DNA of 63,651 bases, the filler included, from Atractiella rhizophila (taxonomy: Eukaryota), in NCBI GenBank assembly GCA_021432655.1. It is 7 parts of 7 records of this genome, joined end to end, with 100 filler letters (N's around TTAATTAATTAA, not from the genome) between each part and the next. Parts side by side here need not be neighbours in the genome. Positions count along the whole stretch, not along the records: positions 29,262 to 40,312 come from MU272051.1; positions 40,413 to 51,434 come from MU272052.1; positions 51,535 to 62,507 come from MU272053.1; 4 more parts are not named here. The stretch is one strand, 5' to 3'. This document shows, piece after piece, positions 40,021 to 51,663 of the stretch. The notes under the pieces are model-generated. The model saw only the letters and a program-made list of their open reading frames with translations, searched no databases and was not told the DNA's origin. A program made the position numbers and the translations under genes. Numbering within the stretch: the first letter of the stretch is position 1; the number at the start of each line of letters is the position of its first letter.

Positions 40021-40412
40021 GTCTGTAAAAACTGGTTAATGAATTGGACAGAAAAACGTCTCAACAGTAAAAAAGAATGCGGACACAGCTCCTGATTGTG
40101 CTAAGGATGTAGAAGATTGCTTTTGAGAGTAATGTTAACCCCATATCTACTAAACTGGACAAAATTAATGCTAGTATGGTTCCGTATTTGAGTAAGGATT
40201 TCGTCGCAACTTGTAGAATCATCTAAAGCAGGACTCGCAAGTTGTCAATGGAACACACCTTTGCTTTCGAAGCTTCAAGGCACTCATGCCTCCGGCATTT
40301 AACACCCAATTANNNNNNNNNNNNNNNNNNNNNNNNNNNNNNNNNNNNNNNNNNNNTTAATTAATTAANNNNNNNNNNNNNNNNNNNNNNNNNNNNNNNN
40401 NNNNNNNNNNNN

Positions 40413-41228
40413 TTTTAGCGCACTACCTCTGGAGCTCGTAGATGAGATTTTATTCTTCCTCAAGCTATTATCTTTTTCCTTCGACTCCAACTTTGATGCC
40501 AAAGCTGCCGATAATTTGGGCAGAAGACACGGGCTGGCCTCCTTCATTCGATCTGCCAAAAGGTTTGTTGATATCGGAAGACGACATCTTTACGACACAC
40601 CGTGGCTGAAAGGATGGTATCAATGGGAGGACCAGAACGATGAAGTCTTGTTTCTGCAGACTTTGAAGCGGAGTCCTCAACTGCGCAATGTGGTCAAAAA
40701 TATTAGCTATGACTTGGCTATCGGGCTCCACGGTAGGTTAGCGAGCTTGTCCAGGATTCTGCAGGAAGCAAAGCATATTAAATCACTGTCTCTGCAAGGG
40801 GTGTTCCTTCCTGCAACCGCTTGCCTTTGGTACTAAGTTTTCCGTATTCAGGGTTAACTTCAAACGCCTGCGTTTACATCATGATGCATTCGACTAGTCT
40901 TTACAGTCATCTAAAGCTTCATGGGGTCCCAGACGAGCACCCGCTTCAAATATCTGACTCAGTCGACTACCTCTCACGATTTCGTTCGCTTCGCGAGCTT
41001 GAGCTTCGTCATGCGACATTTGACCGTTTTGAGCCTTCGTTCGGGAACCTACCGAATACTACTACTGCCACTGACTATTGCTTTGACAAACCTGATTTTA
41101 GACTTACAGTGTTAGCCGGCATAATTGGGCCTGACTTTATGCCCATACCCTTCCAACCTTGCAGACTCTTGTCTGGGAAGAGGTTGTATGTAAATGTACC
41201 GAAACCATCGGTACTTGGAGGAACCTGA
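40413..41228 (+). CDS. F-box-like / LRR-like protein, 5' truncated by linker
   Basis: ALPLELVDEILFFL...FVDIGRRHLY...FLQTLKRSPQLRNVVKNI, followed by LxxLxL repeats. Confidence 0.65.
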
Positions 41229-41448
41229 CTCGGGAATCTCCGTGGGAACATGTCCTTTCGTTAGGAGTTGAACTGCCATGTCCCGAATGTTACATGTTGA
41301 CAATTCGGAATGCTGAAATGCGCTGATCACAGACTTATTTTCTTTCATAGCTGTTGTAACCTTTCGTATCCTGCAAAGTGTGCTCTCTCCTCTTCTTCCA
41401 TCTTATGAGTATGGGTCCCTGAGGACTGCCATTTTCCCCAAAAGGCGA

Positions 41449-42302
41449 TCATTTCCAAACAACCCTCACACGGACGCCATCGAGCTTTCCAGCCTTGATC
41501 CACTCGCTCAACTTAGCGGCTAGATCCTCCTTCCCTCCTCTCATCCTCCACTCATGTTCGGACTCATCCATCTCTAACACGACCTCCTCCAATCCCTTCT
41601 TCGCCAACACCTCCAACGTGTTCAACCTCAAAATTCCCGGTTCGCTCCCAGGAACTGGCTGACGGGCGAGAGCGGCAGACACGCTGAAACGCAGTCTTCT
41701 CACCCCTTCCAGAGCGCACAGGGACCGGTCCAGCTCTGGGTCCCCATTGAGACCTAGAGGCGGATTGGATATTCCGCTCATCATGAGTTGTTGCCTGAGC
41801 GTGTAATCCAGATCGACTGGACGGGAGGAGACGCTTATCCATATGTTGACCACTCGACAGCTTGGGATGTGCAAGAGGGTTCGGAGGACGGCGACTATTG
41901 AGCTGGTGTGGTTTTTAACGAGTAGAGTCGTGAGTGATCCGACTGTGTATTCCCCTTCTTTTGGTGCGAGAGAAGAGCGTAGTAGACCTGGAAGGCATGG
42001 TGCGATTTCGCAGTATTCGAGTTCGAGACGACGGAGGCGAAAGGTCGGTTCGGTACCCTCTTCCCAGACATATTCTTTCGAGCGTAGGATGGTAGGAAGG
42101 TTGACTCCGTAGAGGGAGAGGGAGAGGAGGGAAGGAAAGTGACGTAGGCGGGAGAGGTAGGCTGTGTTCAAGGACGCATTGGTGTGTGCGCGGAGGGAGA
42201 GGCGGATCAGCTTGTGACTGGCCAGAGCGTCGAGGGCTGGACGGAAGGTGACATTGGTAAGCCCTGCGATGGATAATCGTTTCTGGATCAGTTGCCTGCT
42301 AA
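41449..42302 (-). CDS. LRR/RNI-like C-terminal part of an F-box-like protein; open into the N gap
   Basis: Frame open from the gap edge; LRHFPSLLSLSLYGV, FRLRRLELEYC. N-terminus probably in the mirrored segment. Confidence 0.6.
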
Positions 42303-42658
42303 NNNNNNNNNNNNNNNNNNNNNNNNNNNNNNNNNNNNNNNNNNNNNNNNNNNNNNNNNNNNNNNNNNNNNNNNNNNNNNNNNNNNNNNNNNNNNNNNNN
42401 NNNNNNNNNNNNNNNNNNNNNNNNNNNNNNNNNNNNNNNNNNNNNNNNNNNNNNNNNNNNNNNNNNNNNNNNNNNNNNNNNNNNNNNNNNNNNNNNNNNN
42501 NNNNNNNNNNNNNNNNNNNNNNNNNNNNNNNNNNNNNNNNNNNNNNNNNNNNNNNNNNNNNNNNNNNNNNNNNNNNNNNNNNNNNNNNNNNNNNNNNNNN
42601 NNNNNNNNNNNNNNNNNNNNNNNNNNNNNNNNNNNNNNNNNNNNNNNNNNNNNNNNNN

Positions 42659-43470
42659 GTTGGGGCGAAAGCGAAGTGAGTGTTACGTTGAACTTGACAG
42701 CTTTAGTCCTTCAGTCTCAGAACCCTGAGAAATAGACCGAAAAGAAAACAGACGATAAAGGCGGAAATAACATTTCAAAAGACACGAATAGAAACGAAGG
42801 AGGTCTCGACGTGGTTCGAGGCTTACTTTCGCTAGCATCTAAAGTTACGTTACTACGTCATGGAGCGAAAACACATGAATATCTGATCGCCCCGTACTAT
42901 ACGAATAGTAAGAAGTAACAGTCCTAATGACCTATGTGGTATTGAATGGGAGACGTGTAGATAACAGAACTAATACGATCTCCTCCTACGTCATCTAGGT
43001 CTACAGAGTCAAACGTCATAGCTTCGTCGTAACATCGTTCCACTAACGTTGGGACAGCTGCACCGGACAGCTGCACAAGACGCGAAGTCTACCCAGCGTT
43101 CAGTGCGACGACACGTAATACGGTATAGACCTAAGACCTCGTGGCTTTACCACGTATTTTCCGCTCCCGTGCTATAGGAACGGTTCGTGGTGCTTCCGTT
43201 GAACTTTCTTCTACCGTTTCTGGTGCAAGGAGAGGGAGGGGCGCTTTAGGTAGCTGTCTAGAAGTTAGTGGAGGAGGGTATGTGGTAGTGGCATAGGAGT
43301 TTGCGAAGGCTGAAGAGGTGACGGAAACACAACGCTGGAACAAAGGGAAGAAGACATCCAACTATAGCAGTCGCCGCCACAGCCGTAAATACTTCCGGCG
43401 TTTAGCAACGTTGAGGAAATTCAAGCAACGACCCAGAGCAAGGGTGCCTCCCCTCCTCCCTGGCCTACAG
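42659..43470. other. Second mirrored (complemented, not reversed) segment containing promoter and F-box N-terminus
   Basis: TA/TAG-rich as given but natural-looking as the complement. The complement from 43212 reads MAKTTFLSLP(+1 C)REIHRQIFNHLLPY. Right boundary approximate. Confidence 0.75.
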
Positions 43471-43682
43471 GCACTCCATCGGCACGTCCATTCAATTCCC
43501 ATCGAGATTGCCAGGCGGATCGCTGCAAAAACAACTCCACAACCTTTCTAGACGCGTTCTTGTTTGCATTCGAGAAGTCGGCTTATTCATTCCTCACTTC
43601 CAAAATCTTTTGACGCGGGAGAATATCTGCAGGATTCGGTCTTGGGTCGTTGTCAATACCCTTAAAAGCCAGAAACGGGAAG

Positions 43683-45247
43683 ATGGCAGATTTCGATTTC
43701 CTCAATGGAGAGATGATGCAGCAGAACGACGCAGACCAGATGTGCGCTTCTCCCTTTCTTCTCATCCATGTTCCCATCTGACCATCCCAACCCTCGTATT
43801 CGCAATATCACATCTTGTTTCTTCTGTGGCAAATCCGGAAAACAGCGTGAGATGGACTCTCGAGATCGTGCAGCAGCCACAGAGGGCACGGATGTGTGGA
43901 TTCGGAGACAAAGTGCCTCTTCCTCTCGCACACCTCCTCCTATTTCATTCCCGCAGTCCTCACGTCTTCGTTCTCTGAACTACAGGATCGTCGTCCGATT
44001 TCTCCACCAGTGATGGTCAAGTTGCACGCCTGGAATGCGGACGACGAAGAAGTACCTTGCGAGTGCGTTCCACATCTTCTCTCTCCTCCCTCCTCATCTG
44101 AGTCCCGTCGCGGAGGAGCTGATAAGGCGGAATGGATGGTTGAAGTGATATCGAAGCTACATTCTTCGTCCTCAACGCTGACATCTGGGCTGAGAACCTC
44201 TCCACCGACCTCAACATGGTCATCCATCCTCACGGCATGAGCACCTCTCCAAACGTTTCTCATCTCCTGAACCCAGCCAGCGGCAACGGAGGAGGGTCCT
44301 GGAACGGATCGGGGGGATCTCCATATGAGAACGGTGCCGGTGAATCGTCAGCTACAGTCAGTTCCTTCCTCGCCACCTTCTCACCTCTGTTTGAGTCAAT
44401 TCTGACCATGTCTTCTGCTTTGTTTCCTTTGGAAGGACTTTGCGCTCCACCAACACCAAGCGCATCCCCAAGCACAGGGAGGATACGGACCGCTCCCTCC
44501 TCACTACTCAAGTACCCCGCCCACCAACCCGTTATTGGAAGCGATCAACTCGGAGCTGGACAACGAGAACCCACAGGGCGAGGGCCCGTCTTCTTCACGA
44601 CAACCATTGCAGCCGCAGCAACAGGGACAAGGACTCGTGTTGCCTTCGACGCAAGGGGACGCGCCAGAGGCGACCGCTAACGTGGTGGGACATTTGCAAG
44701 CTAGTAATCATAAATTGTACGATTTGGAAGGCAAGAGTGGTATCTGGTTCATCTTCCACGACCTTAGGTTCGGGTTCCTTCTTCTCATCCTCTCAGTCCT
44801 TCCTTTGTGGCTCGCTGGACTAGAATGACGAGTTGACTTCTTGTGACCTGATGGATAGTGTGAGGACGGAAGGAACATACAGACTGAGATTAATGCTCTT
44901 CAACATCGGAGTTCAGGGAGAGTAAGTGCTTCTTCCTCTGGTTGCCATGACATCATAACTGACTCCTAACGTGGGAACAGGAATGGATGGACCACCAGCA
45001 ATGGAATGACGAGAGCTGTGTGCACCTGTCACACGCAGCCATTCACTGTATACACGGCAAAAAAATTGTGCGCTCTCCATCTGCATACAACACTCCAACT
45101 TATAGTTCATCATCATGGTCATACAGCCCAGGAATGGTCGATCCCACTCCACTCTCTAAACATTTCGCAAAACAAGGAGTTCGCATACCGACGAGGAGAG
45201 GAGCGAAGCGGAAGGACGAAGGGGAAGAAGCTAACGAAGGAGACTGA
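43683..45247 (+). CDS. Velvet-domain transcription factor, VelB-like (split velvet domain)
   Basis: WTLEIVQQPQRARMCGFGDK|DRRPISPP, a low-complexity insert, then LYDLEGKSGIWFIFHDL|SVRTEGTYRL, FTVYTAKKFPGM, HFAKQGVRIPTR. Confidence 0.92.
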
Positions 45248-46802
45248 TCGATGTAGTTCCCTTCGATTCCACTTCAGTGATGTTTAGTGTTTGGCTCAAA
45301 CGACGTTCTACTCACGGTAACGGTTAATAGTGGTATGTTTTGGTCGCTAGATTTGCGCGTGTTGGGGGGCGGGCTCATATCTTCCGATTATCTTCTCTCC
45401 CTCTTTGCTCTTGTCTTCTCCCTCTCGATCTCTTGCAGTTTGCTTCGGCTAGATAGGTACAGACGTTCAGGTTCTTCGGCTCTCTCCTCTCCTCTCTCTT
45501 CCTCATCGAGTCTTCTTTCTCCATTCTTCTCGTTTCAGGATCCATCTTTCTCCTCACGTTCTTCATCTGAAAGTGCCACATCCATCAGCCTCCGCTTCAG
45601 TGCTCTACCTCTACCTCACGAGGCTGCAGACTGTATCAGCCTCCTAGCTCCCTCTCTCCCTTTCAAATTACATTACATTTCCCTTCCCTTACGTTCTCGT
45701 CCTCTCTCTCTCACTGCTGTAACCCTTCGTGCCCCCGATCAATCGAATGTAGATTACGGCAACACCCTTCTCGCAATTCGAGTCTTAGGCAGTGCTTCTT
45801 TCTTTAGGTTGCTCCATATTCTTTGACTCTCAGTGCTCTTTTCGATCAGCTCAGTATCCCCCTCATACTAGCAGTGCTCCCTCTGTATATAGTTGTCACG
45901 AATCCTGCTTGAACCTAAAACCACAATGCTCACCCAGCGACATACAAGTACTTAGCAATATAGAGTAAAATCGCGAACGAGAAATGCATGGGAGCATAGG
46001 ACATTGCGTTGCAGAAGAGAGATGTATTGTAAAAGGTGACCAACTGAATCTGAAGCGATCAAGGAGGAACAGGACAAGCAAAGGAAAACCGAGAAGCAGG
46101 GAGATGAAGAAAGTGGGTACAAATATCACATGCTGGAACTGAAAATCAACCAGAGTACAAATTAGGGGCAACAAATCTCGAAGGAAGAGGCGATGGCTTC
46201 CAGAAATCGAACGGAAGGAACATGGGAATAATTCGTTGGGAGGATGAAGCGAAGTACGAGATCTGCTCGAATATCTGGTACAAGGAACTGGATTGCCTTT
46301 GATTGATTGTGGCTGTATTGTTTNNNNNNNNNNNNNNNNNNNNNNNNNNNNNNNNNNNNNNNNNNNNNNNNNNNNNNNNNNNNNNNNNNNNNNNNNNNNN
46401 NNNNNNNNNNNNNNNNNNNNNNNNNNNNNNNNNNNNNNNNNNNNNNNNNNNNNNNNNNNNNNNNNNNNNNNNNNNNNNNNNNNNNNNNNNNNNNNNNNNN
46501 NNNNNNNNNNNNNNNNNNNNNNNNNNNNNNNNNNNNNNNNNNNNNNNNNNNNNNNNNNNNNNNNNNNNNNNNNNNNNTGGTACAAGGAACTGGATTGCCT
46601 TTGATTGATTGTGGCTGTATTGTTTGATGTCGGTTGATCGTCAGATGAGTAAAACGTCGTCGAGAAACTCCTCGTGTGTTCAGTAAGTCGGACCATATCA
46701 CATGCAAAAACCATTAACTAAACAACCTTAAACAACCTTTGCCACATAAAAATGCATTTAAACCCATTCATAAGGTAAACAACAAAAGCAACAGACATAC
46801 CT

Positions 46803-47708
46803 CTACCTCCGATTCAACCTCTTGAACGGCCGTTCGCCCCTCACTTCGGCCCACTCATTGCCATAACTACCTCCTTGTTCCGTCATACCCTCCTCATTCT
46901 CACCCATCAGAATCTCCGTGACCTTCATATCCGAATCAACCAGGGTAGGGACGACGGGAACGACGTCAGGACTCCTCCGTCGCTTGTGTCCACTCGCGGT
47001 ATTCTCCACTAGCTCTCGCTTTCCTATCCCCTTCCTGGAGTGGGGAAGAGCGGGTGGAGGGGGGACGTCCGTCTCGGCGCTGATACAGAGGGCTTGGGGC
47101 GAGAAGAGGAAGCATTTTCGGCTGCGGGGGCGGGAGGAGCTGCAGATTTCGCAGACGGAGCTTGAGCGGGGACGTGCGCCATTTCAGTAGGTCGTGCAGA
47201 TTGATGAGGAGCCACTGGCGGTTCGCCTCCGAATTGTTCTTCCCAAAGCGAGCGAACGGTTTCTTGCCGTGCCTGCAGACAGCAACGCAGTCAGGTGATG
47301 TCAAGCCTCGTTCCCCTTGAAAATGGAAACACGACCTCAATGTAATCTATCACTCTCTCAATCGTGATGGCGTTGTGGTCCGCCCTTGATCTCCCCCGAG
47401 AACTGTGAACATGTTGGGGAGGCCGATGGTCTAACCCATGCTGAAGGAACTCGAGGACATCCTTCATCGCAGAAGCATAACCGGTGCTGTAAGCTTTAAC
47501 AAAGCAATATCAAGAAATATCCTCGGATCATAACAGACAAGAGCAAGGACATACCTTTCTTCGATGCCTTAGCAGCCTCAGTGTAAAGCACGCTGATTCC
47601 TGCTGCCGCCTGTTTGAACTGATTCGTCAGATCTTGTGGCGTATAATCGTGTCTTCCGCCCTTGTCCGCGGCACTGAGAGAGTCTGAGAGGTGGGAGAGT
47701 GATTCCAT
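46803..47708 (-). CDS. Conserved protein resembling HAPSTR1/C16orf72 N-terminus; one homopolymer frameshift
   Basis: LTNQFKQAAAGISVLYTEA...YSTGYASAMKDVLEFL; C-terminal NLS-like GHKRRRS. Frameshift in a C-run near 47060. Confidence 0.55.
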
Positions 47709-48229
47709 GAGGCTCGAGAATGAAAGTGGTGAAAGAGGGAGGCTTCTAAGCAGATCTCGTCGTTCCTTGCCTTGAGTTTTCAGCCAACAGCCACAGGTGT
47801 GAGTCACGACTCAACAATGTTGTTTATCTTTGGTGTGGTAGACTTAGTGGCGGAAACAGATGAACAGGGCGGGCTGTCAAAAGATGTATATGTGGTGGGA
47901 AAGAAGATACATCTTAGTGAGTCTTTTGGTGAAATGGGAATTTTTGGGAGCGGCTCTTGTCGCCTCTTCTCCTTGTTGCGCATAGAAAGTTTCTCTTTAG
48001 TAACCATGAAACGCATTTGAAGTATTCACTCTTCGACTAGCAAGTAGTCGACGAGTATATGAAGGCTCACGAGTTGCTACCTGTTTCAGCGTGTCCAAAA
48101 CGCGGAATCAAAGAGCAAATGACGATGGGAAGGAAATCATGGATGGCGATTGTCCACTCAGCTCCGGGGTTCGTTACAACGATACCTCCTCCAATGGTAT
48201 TATTTTGTCACCGTCAAACTTTTAAACTG

Positions 48230-49156
48230 TTAAATAATGTGCCAGGACCAAAGGAGGGGACTCACATAATTATAAGTAAAGATCCTCCACTTGTTCCGGT
48301 GCATTAGCCCCAGTCCATCCTCTTTCAACTGTGTTGTGACTTTCGTCCATGCCCAATAAATTTCCACTTCTTGCAAGGTCGGAATAACTTGTCGTAAGAC
48401 CTGAAAGTTTGCTTCTTCCATCCATCGAGGCTGCTGGGCCAATATCCTCAATCGCTTCAATTTCTTCATTCTCGAGGCATAGCGTGGAACTTCGGACAAC
48501 TGAATAGCGAGCTCTTCCAAAGTTTCTCCCCATGTCTCAGGAAGGTCCACCAAATCCTCTGGGGTGAACCACGAGAGTCCTAACCCTTGCCAGCCAACGA
48601 CATGAAGACGTGCGGTCTTGAGATTCCATCCCGCGAGTGCCTTATGGATGGCTTGGTTGTAAGTGTCGTATGTCTCTCCTTGATAACCTAAAACGAGATG
48701 CTTCACACTCGAGAGCTTTCCGAAAAGGATCAACTAAAAGATCTAACTGCGCATTTGTAACTCGATCCACTTTCCATAACACGACGAGCGTTCCGACGTA
48801 TTTGAAAGGTACCAAAGGGTTTTGTCCTTCTATTCCCACCCAGTTTCGAACTTTTCCTCGAAGAGCAAGAGCGTTGGGGATGGATAGGAAGTTGCGAACG
48901 AGAGCGGTGTAGGTAATGAGACGGTTTGGTAAAGAAATGGAGTGCAAAGGCCGCAGACAAAACGATTGACTAGGCGTAAACTGAGATTGGAACGGTCTGG
49001 AAACACAGGTGCAGTGGTCGAGAGGGAGTTTGGATCCGAAAGCGCCTCACAGGAGCTGGCGATAGCTACCTGAAAGATCAGGCGCAAAAGCTCAACTGGG
49101 AGAGTCAGCAGAGCACGACTCGGAGCTTGGGCAGCAGGAGAAGGGGAAATGGACAT
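48230..49156 (-). CDS. F-box-like protein (frameshifted in this assembly)
   Basis: LLTLPVELLRLIFQV...LRLVNRFVCGLCTPFLYQTVSL; downstream LRR-like segments in other frames. Confidence 0.65.
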
Positions 49157-49344
49157 GTTTCAATATGCTTTCTATGATCGTTTGTGATATTATGTCAAAA
49201 GCCAATCCCCCTCTATTCGACAATAAGTGGCGCCGTGTACCACTCTAAGTAATTTCCGCGGCAGTGTTCGTGGGCTCTCCCACATATCCGCCGCTGCAAA
49301 GGAGTCCAACTTTGGCTCTGACTTGATGTGATGATGTGAACGAC

Positions 49345-50755
49345 ATGGCGTTTATTCCTCCAGAACTCATCCATCGCATCTTGGAGGAGCTGTTTGAGCT
49401 TTACGGCCACCCTAATCCATCATTGCCGCAACGCGCGCAAAACAATGGTTTACCAGCAGGACGGGTAATTGTGCCCTTAGAACAGAGGCGAATGGCGGAA
49501 CGAAAGTTCGTACGTCTGGCATTGATGTGAGCAGTTGACCAGTTTACGACTTGCATCGCTAAATATACCGCATTCGCACGGACATGTTTCTAGTTGTAAG
49601 GCATGGATAGAACCTGTACGAAGGATAGGATTCGCCAACGTCAACATCCACGTCGGTCCAGAGAACAGCGGCTATCCTTCATCCCTCGCCTTCGAGAGCG
49701 CCTGCCAAAGATACGAATGGCTCCGCCATGCCATCGTCACCCTTTCGATCACGACATATAGTGGGGACCCAGTCGCTTTCGAAACGCTGAGGAGGCGTTT
49801 GTTCAGTCTGGAGCGTCTACGGAGGGTGAAGATCGAAGGTCCTTATTCCGCACCCGTGCCATTGGTCGATACCTCGAATTGTGAAATCGTGCCCTCCCAC
49901 GTCCTCGAATCTCTCAAGGGCTTGACGTTCCCCGTTTTGCATCTCGACTCTGGATATTTCAAGACTCACCAGGTGTTTGATCTCGTCAACAACGGGAGGA
50001 ACCTTAAGGGATTGGTATTAGAAGATTTATTCTTCGAATGGACGAACGACTCCGAGATTATCGACTTTCGAGAGGGCTCGGAAAGTGAGAACCTGCTCAT
50101 TGAAGACCTCACGCTCCGATGTTCAGATCGAGAGATCTTCGGTACCATATCCTGGATCCTCGGATACATACCCAGCGTCAAACGCTTGCGTCTCTTCGGC
50201 GGACTAGACTTTCCCCGTCTTCCCGCCTACCATTTCCAAGCTCTCTCGCACCTGGAGATGTGTCTCAAAGGAAAAGGCACCTCTTCGGACTGTTTCACGG
50301 TCCTCGACCTCGTTTCCTCTTCCCCCAACCTCCATTCTCTCATCGTGGGAGGCGATCGATTCGACCAACACCTCTTTCATGCTTTGCCGGCGAGTCTTCG
50401 AGCTCTGGAGGCTCGGATTTCCTGTCCTTGGTGGGATGGGAAGGACAAGATCGGACCTTCTGTGATTCGAGAATGTTTCGTTCAAAGGTACGAAGCAGAA
50501 CGTTATGTCCCGGCTTTGGTGCACCTCGCTCTTTACGTCGACGTTCTAGTTAAAGGCGAAGATGACGACGAGGTAGAGGGAGCTGAAGTGGATGAAAGCA
50601 TGGAAGAAAATTGGAAGAATGAGCAAGGTGAATTGGTGAGAGAGTTGGAAGGATGTGGACGGAAGTGGAACGTGTGCTTTCTCGAGGTCGTAGAGAAGAT
50701 AGGAAAGCGACCTACACCTCAGCAGGGTGCGAGGGAAGAGTGTAGGATATCATAA
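49345..50755 (+). CDS. F-box-like / RNI-like LRR protein
   Basis: MAFIPPELIHRILEEL...LALI|CKAWIEPVRRI, then ~390 aa with LxxLxL repeats. Confidence 0.75.
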
Positions 50756-50929
50756 CACCTCTTCAACATTCATGGACGCTTCTTTTCTTGGTTAAATGGT
50801 ATCAAATACGTGTTTGTTCTCGCGTCGCTTTTGCGTCATGGCCCATATAAGAGTCTCTACCACATCTAACTAGAATAACCCAGCAAAGCAAGAACTCGCT
50901 GCACTCGAACGCGTCTCGACAACTTAATA

Positions 50930-51434
50930 CTAAGGTTTCGCCTCAGCCTCCACCGGGACAGCACCAACCATTCCGAACCCTCCAGTACTCCCAAACCCGT
51001 CCTCTCCTCTAACGGTCTCACTCAGTTCCTGCACCTCGACGACTTCGGGAGTGTAAATCCGTTCAAGCACAAGCTGAGCGATGCGATCGCCTCTCTTGAC
51101 TAACCACACTGACATCAGGTCCATTTATTCGAAAGTTCGAGGAAGGGAAGAAGGCGAACTCGAGAAAGATTGCGCGGACAAGTTGAACAACAACACGCGG
51201 ACTTCGCCACGATAGTCTTCGTCCACCACGCCCGCTCCAGTCGTGATCCCATGTTTGACAGCTTCACCATCCATTCCCTCCATCAGATGACCGGATTCTT
51301 TGGCAAGAGGGAACATACCAAGACCCGAGCGCGGCGCGACGCGTCCATAGCATCCAGACGGGACGGCGATGGCCATTCCGGTTTTAACGAGGTGTCTAGC
51401 GCCTGCCGCTATCTCCACATCCTCATCCCTTCTC
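50930..51434 (-). CDS. DUT1: dUTP pyrophosphatase, 5' truncated, two introns
   Basis: [45 protein letters not shown]. Confidence 0.95.
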
Positions 51435-51663
51435 NNNNNNNNNNNNNNNNNNNNNNNNNNNNNNNNNNNNNNNNNNNNTTAATTAATTAANNNNNNNNNN
51501 NNNNNNNNNNNNNNNNNNNNNNNNNNNNNNNNNNTCGAATGGAGAAAGGTTCGGGATCGCCCATATTGGTGATACCCTAATCACACTCCAGGCGAGTTAT
51601 CTACCTGCATCAGCACCCCTCTCCAAAGAACACACGACCGTTCCTCATACGTCTTTTATCGCA

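Noticed and set aside
45287..45826. 179-aa Ser/Leu-rich ORF and purine-rich opposite strand
   Set aside because: Low-complexity CT-rich sequence; the charged minus-strand frame has several stops and no motif.
42248..46714. ORFs made largely of X residues
   Set aside because: They read through N gaps.
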